The notes under the pieces were generated by a model. It searched no databases and was not told the origin of the DNA. It saw nothing but the letters and a program-made list of their open reading frames with translations. 60,464 nt of DNA. Source: Eubacteriales bacterium (lineage in GTDB: Bacteria > Bacillota > Clostridia > Oscillospirales > CAG-272). Shown here piece after piece: positions 1 to 9,045 of the stretch. Every line of letters starts with the position of its first letter. Positions within the stretch are counted from its first letter, which is position 1. The stretch spans positions 1-60,464 of the forward strand of contig JAZNXE010000011.1 of the NCBI GenBank assembly GCA_045593725.1. The letters are read 5' to 3'. Both the position numbers and the translations under genes were made by a program.

Positions 1-126
1 CCCTTTACACAAGGGAGGCTCATGGTGAAACCCGTTTACGGGTAGCAAGTATCCATTGCATGGCTGGCAGGCCAATAAAAGCGCACTTGTGCGCAGCCAG
101 TAGTATTAGGGCTATGCCCGAAAATG

Positions 127-159
127 AAATACCCCCCGTTACGGGGGGATATTTATTTT
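127..159 (+). terminator. GC-rich hairpin, probable intrinsic terminator of an upstream gene
   Basis: CCCCCCG-TTA-CGGGGGG inverted repeat followed by AT/T-rich tract. Confidence 0.5.
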
Positions 160-668
160 ATGCTATGTTTTGGCTCAAATTCGGCTTTTACTGTGGAAGT
201 TTATTGGAAACCTCCAATGCTTTTTGCTTTATGAAATCCTGCGTTTTGGAAGTGCTTTTGGAAGTCTGCCGTAGGGTTATTATAACGCGAAAATTTCCGG
301 TTGTGAATACAAAAAAGGAAGTGTTTGCAAAAAGGTTGCGAGTGGAGGAGATAAGAAAATAAATTTGGTATGAAAACTAATCTGTTATCGACGATTTTTT
401 GCAAACTTTGGCAAAATTTATGAAGCACCTTGATTTATCAAAGCTTTTGTGCTAATATAATAATATAAAGCAAAAAATTTTTACGGAAGAGGTTGACATC
501 TATGTTGGAATTTGCGCGAGTCTTTCATAGCCGGACAGACAGGGATCATACTGTCCTCTTTTTGCGCGTCCAAAAACAGAACGATTGAACAAAGCCATCT
601 GTAAGACGAGGAATGCGTCTTGCTGATGGCTTTTGCGTTTTTTATACTCAAAGGAAAGGAACAGAAAT

Positions 669-1937
669 ATGCCAAGTCTTTATTTGCCGTATGTAAATAT
701 TGCGCTCGACTCGTTTGCGCTGCTTATTACGCTTATCATTCTTGCCACGTTTGTGGGCGAATTTTCAAATAAGAACATAGGTTCAAAGCACTTTTTAATT
801 TTTCAGGTTTCGATTGCAATAGCTTTGGTTGCCGACATTATCGGTTGGCTTGGTGAAGGACACCCCTCCTTGTCGGTGATGACTTTAACCGCAAACACCG
901 TTATGGCGTGCGCTTGTCGCGTAGCGATCATCGGTTTTATGGGATATTTGATTGCAAGTCTTTATGCCAATAGCCGCGCAGCTGTTTGTATTTTGACGAT
1001 ATTCCGTGTTTTGTGCGGACTTTCTGTTCTGTTTTGTATCGGCAACGCGTTTTTCGGTTATGCATTCTACGTCAATGAGCAAGGTCACCACGTGCATAGT
1101 GAAAATAGCGCGCTGGGAGTGATATATCTGATGTATCCGATCCTTGCGGTGTTCACTATTATTCTAATGACATTCTTCGCAAAAAGCTCCGCAAAGATCA
1201 ATCGTTTTGCATTCTTCATTTACACGCTCTTTCCCGTTGCGGGAGTTATCATAGACTATACGTTTCACGGTCTGTCTCTGACCTGCGTAGGCTTTACGAT
1301 CAGTATTTTGGTAATTTATATGAGCATTTATCTGACACGAAAGAAAGAGCTTGAAGCGCAACGAAATGCTTTGATGCTCTCGCAAATCAACCCTCATTTT
1401 GTATATAATACGCTTTCCACGATCGCCTCTATGTGCGACGTCTCCCCCAAGCAGGCAAAATATCTCACCATCGACTTTTCGCAATATCTGCGCAGGAACA
1501 TTAACGCTCTGACAAGCGAAGCGTTGATTCCTTTCACGCAAGAGATGGAGCACGTGGAGTATTATCTGAAAATCGAGAAGGCAAGATTCGGGGAACGCAT
1601 CAACGTTATTTATTCGATTCAACGTAAGGATTTCAGCGTTCCTCCTCTGACGGTTCAGCCGCTGGTCGAAAACGCGATAAAGCACGGAATTACGAAGAAA
1701 GCGAGCGGTGGAACGATCAAGCTCTCTACGTTTGAAGAAGATAACAATTACGTCGTTGAAATTATTGATGACGGCATGGGCTTTGATACGGAAAACATGG
1801 AAGTGCACGTTGGACTTCAAAACGTGCGAAGCAGGATCGCGGCGATGTGCCGTGGGGAGTTGACCGTGAAAAGCACGGTTGGCGTAGGAACGAGAGTAAG
1901 GCTCGAAATACCGAAGAAGAAAGGAAAGCGGCGATGA
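669..1937 (+). CDS. Membrane sensor histidine kinase, LytS/YehU-type (His_kinase + HATPase_c)
   Basis: About 7 hydrophobic segments, then SQINPHFVYNTL (H-box), QPLVENAIKHG (N-box), DDGMGF and VGVGT (G-boxes). ATG at 669 follows AAGGAAAGGA. Confidence 0.92.
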   Translation: MPSLYLPYVNIALDSFALLITLIILATFVGEFSNKNIGSKHFLIFQVSIAIALVADIIGWLGEGHPSLSVMTLTANTVMACACRVAIIGFMGYLIASLYANSRAAVCILTIFRVLCGLSVLFCIGNAFFGYAFYVNEQGHHVHSENSALGVIYLMYPILAVFTIILMTFFAKSSAKINRFAFFIYTLFPVAGVIIDYTFHGLSLTCVGFTISILVIYMSIYLTRKKELEAQRNALMLSQINPHFVYNTLSTIASMCDVSPKQAKYLTIDFSQYLRRNINALTSEALIPFTQEMEHVEYYLKIEKARFGERINVIYSIQRKDFSVPPLTVQPLVENAIKHGITKKASGGTIKLSTFEEDNNYVVEIIDDGMGFDTENMEVHVGLQNVRSRIAAMCRGELTVKSTVGVGTRVRLEIPKKKGKRR

Positions 1938-2737
1938 ACATATTGGCAGTTGACGATGAATATTACGCCCTTGAGCTGATGAAGCATGCGCTTGAGGAGG
2001 TTGCGGCGGGAGCTACCGTGTATCTTTGCCGTGACGTAAAAAGCGCGTTGCAGACCGCAACAAAGACAAAAATAGACGTTGCCTTTCTCGATATACATAT
2101 GCCCGAGATGAACGGCGTTGAGCTCGCCCGCGAATTAAAGCTACTGAATCCAAAGGTAAATATCGTATTTGCCACGGGATTTTCGGAGTATATGAAGGAA
2201 GGAATCGACCTTCGTATGAGTGGATACATAATGAAACCCATTACACCCGAGGCGGTTAAGACCGAACTCGAAAATTTGCGAAATCCAATCGAGTGGAGTA
2301 GGGAAAAACGCATTAGAATCCTGACCTTCGGAAACTTTGACGTTTTCGTTGACGGCGAGCCGTTAAAATTTGAGAGAAAGCAGGCAAAAGAGATTCTGGC
2401 GTATCTGGTAGACAAAAAAGGAACGTCAGCAACCTACCCCGAGCTTGCGGCGATGCTTTGGGAGGACGAGGAATACGACAGAACAAAGCAAAAGAATCTT
2501 CAGGTCTATATCGCAAGCCTTGTCAAAACGCTACATTCGGTTGAAGTCAAAGACCTGATTTTGAAAAACAGACAAGGTATTCTCCTGAACACGAGAATCG
2601 TGGATTGCGATTACTACCGTTTTCTTGAAGGCGACACACGGGCAATCAATTCCTTTACAGGACAGTATATGAGCGCATATTCCTGGGCGGAATTTACCGT
2701 GGGGTATCTGGAAAACCAACTGCAAAAAATCAAATAA
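1934..2737 (+). CDS. Response regulator, REC domain + winged-helix (SARP-like) output
   Basis: MNILAVDDE...FLDIHMPEMNG...GYIMKP receiver; C-terminal TFGNFDVFVDG...KEILAYLVD...LWED; ATGA overlap with the kinase stop. Confidence 0.9.
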   Translation: MNILAVDDEYYALELMKHALEEVAAGATVYLCRDVKSALQTATKTKIDVAFLDIHMPEMNGVELARELKLLNPKVNIVFATGFSEYMKEGIDLRMSGYIMKPITPEAVKTELENLRNPIEWSREKRIRILTFGNFDVFVDGEPLKFERKQAKEILAYLVDKKGTSATYPELAAMLWEDEEYDRTKQKNLQVYIASLVKTLHSVEVKDLILKNRQGILLNTRIVDCDYYRFLEGDTRAINSFTGQYMSAYSWAEFTVGYLENQLQKIK

Positions 2738-2744
2738 ACAGATC

Positions 2745-2782
2745 GGCACTCGGGCTAAAAAGCTTGAGTGCCTGTTTTTTTG
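2745..2782 (+). terminator. Intrinsic terminator of the two-component operon
   Basis: GGCACTCGGGCT-AAAA-AGCTTGAGTGCC followed by a T run. Confidence 0.8.
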
Positions 2783-2797
2783 AAAAAATTTTCCTTT

Positions 2798-2830
2798 TGT
2801 AGTCACGGTGTAGTCATTGGGTGGTAAAAT
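2798..2830 (+). promoter_or_regulatory. Activator-dependent promoter: TGTAGTCA direct repeat (11-bp period) over the -35 region plus extended -10
   Basis: TGTAGTCA at 2798-2805 and 2809-2816; TGgTAAAAT at 2822-2830; no consensus -35. Confidence 0.55.
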
Positions 2831-2924
2831 GGTGCATACAAAGCTCAAACTGTCGAGTTTTGAGAAAAAGAGCGGTTAGGGAACGCTCGAAATTATTTAT
2901 TTTTCTGTAAAGGAGAAGCAAATC

Positions 2925-3545
2925 ATGAAAAAAAGAAGAACACTCATCATCTCCCTGTTGCTTGTTGCAGCACTTTGCCTTGGTATCGGTTATGCGGCGT
3001 TGGCTACAAGAACCTTGACACTTACAGGTAACGCAAGCTTTAACTCGTCAGCAACACATTTGAACGTAAACTTTATTGACAGACTCGATCCCGAGCTTCC
3101 TGAAGGAAACACAGATGCTCAGGCAACCGCATCCGTTGCGGGGCAGACCGCATCCTTCAACCTTAACGGCTTGGTTAAGGGCGAGAAAGCAACCTTTACC
3201 TACATCATACAGAACCAGCACAGCGCAGACGTTTCCGCAAAGCTCACCGACTGTGTTGAAAGCTATGACATTATCCTTGGTTCGGGAGCAGGTTCAATCG
3301 TAGAAGATGCAGAGGAAGCCGATTATGTAGCCATCTCTCATAAGGCATACAAGGCGACTAAGTCCGACGACGGCTATACAATAGACACTTCGGCTGAATG
3401 GAAAGAAACAAGTGACATTCTTGACTACGAAAACTACATGGCAATTATTGTGGAAGTAGAGCTTAAGTTTGAGCCGATCGATCTTGTTTCGATCAACAAC
3501 TACACTCTCACCATCCACTTCGACCCTGTATATCCCCAGAATTAA
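2925..3545 (+). CDS. Exported protein with SipW-class signal peptide (TasA/CalY/BsaA-like fibre subunit candidate)
   Basis: MKKRR + hydrophobic core + GIGYAAL followed by a beta-strand (TLTLTGNASF); directly upstream of a SipW-type peptidase; RBS AAGGAG. Confidence 0.7.
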   Translation: MKKRRTLIISLLLVAALCLGIGYAALATRTLTLTGNASFNSSATHLNVNFIDRLDPELPEGNTDAQATASVAGQTASFNLNGLVKGEKATFTYIIQNQHSADVSAKLTDCVESYDIILGSGAGSIVEDAEEADYVAISHKAYKATKSDDGYTIDTSAEWKETSDILDYENYMAIIVEVELKFEPIDLVSINNYTLTIHFDPVYPQN

Positions 3546-3599
3546 GCTTTAAAACATTTGCAATGATTTGATCATCGATGAGTGAAAGGAGGACCGCAA

Positions 3600-4727
3600 A
3601 TGACGAAGGATAAGAAAGTTCTTTATAGTATTTCTACGCTTGTATTTGCGGTCCTCCTTGCAGCACTCTTTGTTGATTTTACAAGCAGCAAGCTTTTGGC
3701 GGCAGGATTGCTTCTTCCATTGGCGATTCTTGTACGAGCAGTCGTGAAAAAAAGGAGCTCACTTTCGATAAACAAAAAAGAGGTTATTCTGCTTTGCACC
3801 ATTATCGGCACGCTGTACGTCGTGCTTTTGCAATTGTCGGGGCTGATATTCGGGTTTTACAAAAATCCCTATTTTGTATCCCCCATGCCCATTTTTACGG
3901 CAATTCTTCCACTTGCTGTTATCGTCATTGCAACAGAAGTTATCCGATCTACTCTTTTAGCGCAAAAAGATTCCTTTGCGAGCGTTTTGGCGTTTCTATC
4001 CTGCATACTTGCAGAGGTGCTTTCATTTTCCAACCTTTTGTCTATTATAAGCTTTAACTACTTTATGGATCTGGTTGGTATCACGCTTTTCCCCACGATT
4101 AGTGCAAACATTTACTACCATTACGCATCTCGCCGCTTCGGTATGATTCCCAATATTGTGTTCCGATTGATTACGACGTTGTATATTTACTTTTTACCGT
4201 CGGTCACGGCGATATCTGATGCGTTATTTGCTTTTATTAAAATCTTCTTACCGATCGTGATGCTTTCCTTGATTTCTTCTCTTTTTGAAAAGAAAAAGAA
4301 AAACGCAGTGCAAAAATTCAAAAAACTATCGGTTGTCGGCACCGTGTTCGTCGTCCTCGTAATGGTTGCGGGCATGATGCTCATTTCCTGTCAGTTCCGA
4401 TTCGGTGCGATCGTTATTGCAACGGAAAGTATGACGGGTGAGATTAATAAGGGCGATATGATCATCTACGAAAGGTATGATGATCAAGTCATCAAAGAAG
4501 GACAGGTTATCGTCTTTCAGAAAAATCAAAATAACATTGTTCACAGAGTTGTGCAAATCGAGTATATAGATGATGAGATTCGATACATCACCAAGGGAGA
4601 CGCCAACGCGGATATCGATATCGGATACATTACCGACAAGAATATCGTGGGGGTGACCGAGATGAAGGTCTCCTACATTGGATTTCCCACTCTATGGCTC
4701 AGAGAATTGCTTGAAGGCAGCAACTAA
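3600..4727 (+). CDS. sipW: Signal peptidase I, SipW/archaeal (S26B) type, with a long N-terminal multi-pass membrane domain
   Basis: VIATESM (Ser), KGD, IVHRV (His), YITKGDAN (Asp) motifs; about 250 aa hydrophobic N-terminus; RBS AAAGGAGG before ATG 3600. Confidence 0.82.
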   Translation: MTKDKKVLYSISTLVFAVLLAALFVDFTSSKLLAAGLLLPLAILVRAVVKKRSSLSINKKEVILLCTIIGTLYVVLLQLSGLIFGFYKNPYFVSPMPIFTAILPLAVIVIATEVIRSTLLAQKDSFASVLAFLSCILAEVLSFSNLLSIISFNYFMDLVGITLFPTISANIYYHYASRRFGMIPNIVFRLITTLYIYFLPSVTAISDALFAFIKIFLPIVMLSLISSLFEKKKKNAVQKFKKLSVVGTVFVVLVMVAGMMLISCQFRFGAIVIATESMTGEINKGDMIIYERYDDQVIKEGQVIVFQKNQNNIVHRVVQIEYIDDEIRYITKGDANADIDIGYITDKNIVGVTEMKVSYIGFPTLWLRELLEGSN

Positions 4728-4753
4728 ATTCAGAAGAAAGGAGGTTTACTGAA

Positions 4754-6424
4754 ATGTCGGAAAAAGAAAAGAAAAAGCGTGCGCTTTACCGAAAAAACCG
4801 TGAAAAATGGATCTTTACGCAAACGGTAGTGGCTGTCGTGGTTGCGGTGGCAATTCTGATATCCTCTATCGTTGCATATCAGCTTAACAAGACCTATTAC
4901 ATCGGTTACCGCGAGGGCGGTTCGATCGATTATAACGTCTTTTTGAAGGACAATGAGTTTTTCGAGGAAAATCATCTGGGAAAGGATCAATCTTACGTTG
5001 CTTCTCTGATCGATAAGATCATTGCGGATTACAGCTATGAGATCGATATGGATACCGATGACGTAAATTATAAATATTCATATTCTATTACGTCGCGCTT
5101 GGAGATCATAGATGATACGTCCAAGGTTGCGATATTTAATCCGGAGCAAGAATTGGTCAGCGTTCAGAACAAGTCACAAAGCAGCTCGAACCGATTGCAC
5201 ATCAATGAGATCGTCGTGATCAACTACGACGAGTACAATGATCTTGCAAACAAGTTCCTTGACACCTACGAGCTGACAAGCACCACAAGTAATATCGTGG
5301 TGACGCTGGAAGTAGATGTACTCAGTGATTGCAACGCATTTTCGGGAAGTGCCGTGGACACCTATACTTCCGAACTTCGTATTCCTCTTACGACCAAAAC
5401 GGTCAATATAAAAATGACATCTGCTGTTCCGGACGCAGAAGCAAAAATGATCGCTTGCACGAGAGGTGCGGGTGCAGAGGTGTTCATGACTACCGCTATT
5501 GTTCTGGGAGTGGTAGATATTCTTATGATCCTGCTTCTCGTAGCATTCATTTTCTTTACGAGAACACCCGATATTACCTATACTGCGCGCGTCAAGAAAA
5601 TACTGTCGCAGTATAAGTCCTATATCCAGAAGATCAACAATCTGTTTGAAACGCACGGCTACCAGATCCTTATGGTCAATACGTTTGATGAGATGCTGGA
5701 GATCCGAGATACGATTCAAGCACCTATCCTTATGTATGAAAATGAGGATAAAACCTGTGCGAAATTTATGATACCCACAGACAGTAAGCTTCTTTACGTA
5801 TACAAAATTGAGGTCGAGGGCTATACAGAACCCGAGATCGAGAAGAAAGAAGAACCGATTCCCACAACGATCGTGAAGCCCAATATCACGAATGTCGTTC
5901 GTCCCGTGGTAAAGGTGGTTGTAAACACACCGCCCGCTCCCGAGAAAGAACCCGAGCCCGAGCCCGAAATCGAAACGATTTTGGAGGAGCCCGAGGTGGA
6001 AGCGGACGAGTCGGTAGAGGTAATCGCCACGACAGAAGAGGTCGAGGAAACGGAAGAGCCGGATCCCGAGATCGAAGAGCTGATTGCGGCAATTCCCGAG
6101 GTCGAAGAGGTTGAGGAGATCGGAGTGGACGTGATCGACGTATGTTGGAAGGAACGTCCCGATAAAACCTATCGCTACGATCCCGATGGAAACGTGGTGG
6201 ATAACGGAGACATCGTTCTCGTTCCGACCAGGGACGTTCATAGCGACAAGAAGATCGTTCGCGAGGCAGAGGTCTCTCGCGGCAATTACAAGATGGATCC
6301 CGCAACGCTGGACCATCCCCTAAAGAAGATCATCGGTGTCGTTCGCCGCAAGGCGGAGCAGGTTTTCACCGCACTGATTACCTCCGAGGAGAAGGACTCC
6401 GAGGATAAAGACGAAACAAGATAA
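4754..6424 (+). CDS. DUF5305-like two-TM membrane protein with Glu/Pro-rich linker and small C-terminal beta domain
   Basis: TM, then IDYNVFLKDNEFFEE...YVASLIDKI extracellular domain recalled from SipW-cluster proteins, second TM, cytoplasmic FDEMLEIRDTIQAPILM, EPEPEPE linker. Confidence 0.6.
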   Translation: MSEKEKKKRALYRKNREKWIFTQTVVAVVVAVAILISSIVAYQLNKTYYIGYREGGSIDYNVFLKDNEFFEENHLGKDQSYVASLIDKIIADYSYEIDMDTDDVNYKYSYSITSRLEIIDDTSKVAIFNPEQELVSVQNKSQSSSNRLHINEIVVINYDEYNDLANKFLDTYELTSTTSNIVVTLEVDVLSDCNAFSGSAVDTYTSELRIPLTTKTVNIKMTSAVPDAEAKMIACTRGAGAEVFMTTAIVLGVVDILMILLLVAFIFFTRTPDITYTARVKKILSQYKSYIQKINNLFETHGYQILMVNTFDEMLEIRDTIQAPILMYENEDKTCAKFMIPTDSKLLYVYKIEVEGYTEPEIEKKEEPIPTTIVKPNITNVVRPVVKVVVNTPPAPEKEPEPEPEIETILEEPEVEADESVEVIATTEEVEETEEPDPEIEELIAAIPEVEEVEEIGVDVIDVCWKERPDKTYRYDPDGNVVDNGDIVLVPTRDVHSDKKIVREAEVSRGNYKMDPATLDHPLKKIIGVVRRKAEQVFTALITSEEKDSEDKDETR

Positions 6425-6447
6425 CACAAAAAGGAGAGTGATTTACA

Positions 6448-7893
6448 ATGAAAATGTGGATGAAAACCGTGCTTTGTATCTCACTCTCCCTTATGTGTTT
6501 GTTTGTGGGGATCGGTTATTGTGCCATGTCTGGCTTTTTGAATATATCCGGTGAGATTCAGGTTTTGCCAAGAGAGCCTGAGGGACTGCACATTTCGAGT
6601 ATCGAGCTGTATACGCAAAGCGGTGTAGTTACCCCCGAATTCAACCGTGTGCTGCCGACGAATCTGCAGAGTACGGTTTATATAAACACCCCGGGTGCAA
6701 GCATAACCTACAAGATCACTGTTAACAACAAAACCGATGTGACCTATTGGTATTTGGGAACAGAAGCCCTTGAGGGTGTGGCAGACAACGACCTGATAAA
6801 CTCGTCGGGGGGCGTGTTCATCACCACCAAAGATCACTACGAAAATAACAGCTCTTATTTCGATCAGTCCGACTGGATTCCACCCCAGACCGAGCGTGTG
6901 TTTTACGCGACATATACCTTTGGAGGCAACGCAATGGGGAGCGTTTCCACGCTTGTGAACTTTAGCTTTGGTATGAATATGGGATCGGTGTCCGACGGAT
7001 TTCTTAAGGTCTTGAATGACAAGGTATCCCCCTACGGCTATTACTATCTCGCAGATGCCTTTAACCAAAACTATTCTCAAAACGGCAGCACGGTAATCGG
7101 TAATATTGGCGATGACGAAGAAATTTTCAACAACTTGTTTGGAGCGGACCTTTCGGTCAACGTAGACGGTGTGGATATGCCGGTTACCATTATGGTGGAA
7201 CGTAAGAACGTAGACGGGAAAGCCAATTCGGGCGACAGCTACAACGGAAACAATGCTCCTTCGGGTTGTGAATATACGATATACGTTACCGTAGATGATT
7301 TGAGTTCGCCAAACGGTAAGGCAACGGTGCATGCCGTATCCTACACCTGCGGAGCAGACGGCATCTGGTATCAGATCGGAGAACTGTATGAGGGTGAGAG
7401 TTCGATCGTGGATTACGATAGCTCGGACGGAGTTTACGAAGGCGCATTCGACGTAGACAATTGGATTGCTACTCAAAATGAGTATGCGGTTACGGACGAC
7501 ATTTCCTATAAGGTTGGTTATGAGCAAGGAACGCAATACGATAAGATCAATACGATAGAAGAATTGATGTCGGTAAATGACCAAGAGTTCTATAACAAGG
7601 TCAATAACAATAGCGGAAAGCTGTTAAAGCCCGTATGCAACATTCTGTATAGCTATACCCACAATAACGGTCAGTATACCGAAACCGAGAATGCTTCTAA
7701 CAGATATAAGCAGGGATATGCTGCGCTAAAATCCGCATTTGACAAGATCAAGCCGTACTGCCTGATCGCAAACGGAGCGCAGGAGGTCAAGGTTCAAAAC
7801 GCAAGTAGCTTGAGCCGTGCCGAGCTTATTCAGATGATAGAGGAGATACAGCATGCTTACGATTATTATCTTGCGGTAAATCTGAACGATTGA
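6448..7893 (+). CDS. Second exported protein with SipW-class signal peptide (possible tip adhesin or minor subunit)
   Basis: Hydrophobic core ending GIGYCAM then LNISGEIQV, matching the 2925 protein; ITYKITVNN also parallels FTYIIQN; N/D/Y/G-rich body. Confidence 0.65.
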   Translation: MKMWMKTVLCISLSLMCLFVGIGYCAMSGFLNISGEIQVLPREPEGLHISSIELYTQSGVVTPEFNRVLPTNLQSTVYINTPGASITYKITVNNKTDVTYWYLGTEALEGVADNDLINSSGGVFITTKDHYENNSSYFDQSDWIPPQTERVFYATYTFGGNAMGSVSTLVNFSFGMNMGSVSDGFLKVLNDKVSPYGYYYLADAFNQNYSQNGSTVIGNIGDDEEIFNNLFGADLSVNVDGVDMPVTIMVERKNVDGKANSGDSYNGNNAPSGCEYTIYVTVDDLSSPNGKATVHAVSYTCGADGIWYQIGELYEGESSIVDYDSSDGVYEGAFDVDNWIATQNEYAVTDDISYKVGYEQGTQYDKINTIEELMSVNDQEFYNKVNNNSGKLLKPVCNILYSYTHNNGQYTETENASNRYKQGYAALKSAFDKIKPYCLIANGAQEVKVQNASSLSRAELIQMIEEIQHAYDYYLAVNLND

Positions 7894-7954
7894 CATGGCG
7901 TTGCCTCGAGCAACCGCAGAGCTTTTGGGACTCGAAGCCCACGTAAAGCTCCTC

Positions 7955-8011
7955 GACGAGGCAAGACACGGCAAGGCTTTCGAGGGACTGCTTAACAGAT
8001 ACTTCAGGTAA
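7955..8011 (+). pseudogene. 3'-terminal fragment of a reverse rubrerythrin (NADH peroxidase) gene
   Basis: Translates DEARHGKAFEGLLNRYFR*, the characteristic C-terminus of clostridial reverse rubrerythrins; lies in a 38-aa ORF from ATG 7895 not in the ORF track. Confidence 0.7.
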
Positions 8012-8062
8012 GCGCCGAAGTCTACACATAAAGGCAAGTATTAACATAGCTTCACGCAATCC

Positions 8063-8093
8063 GAAAGGCAGAGCAGCTCTGCCTTTCTTTTTT
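8063..8093 (+). terminator. Intrinsic terminator
   Basis: GAAAGGCAGAGC-A-GCTCTGCCTTTC followed by a T run. Confidence 0.85.
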
Positions 8094-8144
8094 GCTTTTT
8101 AGTCAAAGACAGACTTTGATATAAAACTATAATTTAATAATGTG

Positions 8145-8173
8145 TTGAAAAAAACTCAAGAATGTGTTATAAT
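8145..8173 (+). promoter_or_regulatory. Sigma-A promoter
   Basis: TTGAAA-17-TATAAT with TG extension. Confidence 0.7.
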
Positions 8174-8215
8174 TGGAAAGAATTTTGTTTTACAAAGAGA
8201 AAGGTGATGGTCAAA

Positions 8216-9016
8216 ATGGCAAAAAAGTATAGAATAATTGACTCACACTGCCATATATATCCGGATAAAATAGCGCAAAAGGCATCTGATGCTACGGGAC
8301 ACTTTTATGATCTTCCGTCAAGTCTTGACGGAAAGATATCCACGCTTCTTGAGCGCGGAGAAAAAGCGGGAATAGATTGCTTCGTTGTACAGTCGGTTGC
8401 GACCACACCAAAGCAGGTTTCAAGCATCAACAACTTTATAGCAGAGTCGGTGGCGCAGAGCGACGGCAGATTTATCGGGCTTGGAACGCTTCATCCCGAC
8501 AGTGAGGATATGGAAGCCGATGTTAATGAAATAATCGGTCTTGGATTGAGGGGAGTGAAGATTCACCCTGATATTCAGCAGGTGAGATTAGACGACCCGC
8601 GTATGCATAAAATGTACGAGCTTTGCGAGGGCAGACTTCCTATGCTTATACATACAGGGGACTATCGATACGATAATTCAAACCCCAACCGAATGATGCC
8701 AATACTCGATAAATACCCCAATTTAACTGTTATCGGTGCTCATTTTGGAGGGTGGTCTATATGGGAGGATGCTACTGAAAAGATGTGCGGGTACAAAAAC
8801 TTTTTTGTGGACTGCTCATCATCGTTGTATGCCATGACACCCGAAAAAGCCAAGGAGCTTATTATGACATACGGAACGGATAGAGTGCTGTTTGGTACGG
8901 ACTATCCGTTGTGGACACCCGAAACCGAGATAGAAAGATTCATGCAAATAGATCTTACGGAGGAGCAGAGAGAGGAAATTTTTTCCGGTAATGCTACCAA
9001 ATTATTTCTCAAATAA
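8216..9016 (+). CDS. Amidohydrolase family (TIM-barrel metal-dependent hydrolase)
   Basis: IDSHCH, GVKIHP, IHTG, AHFGG, LFGTDYP motifs. Confidence 0.9.
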   Translation: MAKKYRIIDSHCHIYPDKIAQKASDATGHFYDLPSSLDGKISTLLERGEKAGIDCFVVQSVATTPKQVSSINNFIAESVAQSDGRFIGLGTLHPDSEDMEADVNEIIGLGLRGVKIHPDIQQVRLDDPRMHKMYELCEGRLPMLIHTGDYRYDNSNPNRMMPILDKYPNLTVIGAHFGGWSIWEDATEKMCGYKNFFVDCSSSLYAMTPEKAKELIMTYGTDRVLFGTDYPLWTPETEIERFMQIDLTEEQREEIFSGNATKLFLK

Positions 9017-9045
9017 TAGAAATAGTTCTTATGTGAGGTACTAAA

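Noticed and set aside
1-20. CCCTTTACACAAGGGAGGCT, resembling the end of a short interspersed palindromic repeat
   Set aside because: Cut by the window edge and single copy here; cannot be supported
60-428. ORFs 60..362 (+) and 201..428 (-)
   Set aside because: No RBS or recognisable motif; span a terminator hairpin and AT-rich intergenic DNA
480-645. c-di-GMP riboswitch upstream of a biofilm-like locus
   Set aside because: Neither class I (GGCAAA...GCAAA) nor class II consensus is visible
5174-7584. Long minus-strand ORFs (5174..6316, 6481..7584)
   Set aside because: Antisense shadows of well-supported plus-strand genes
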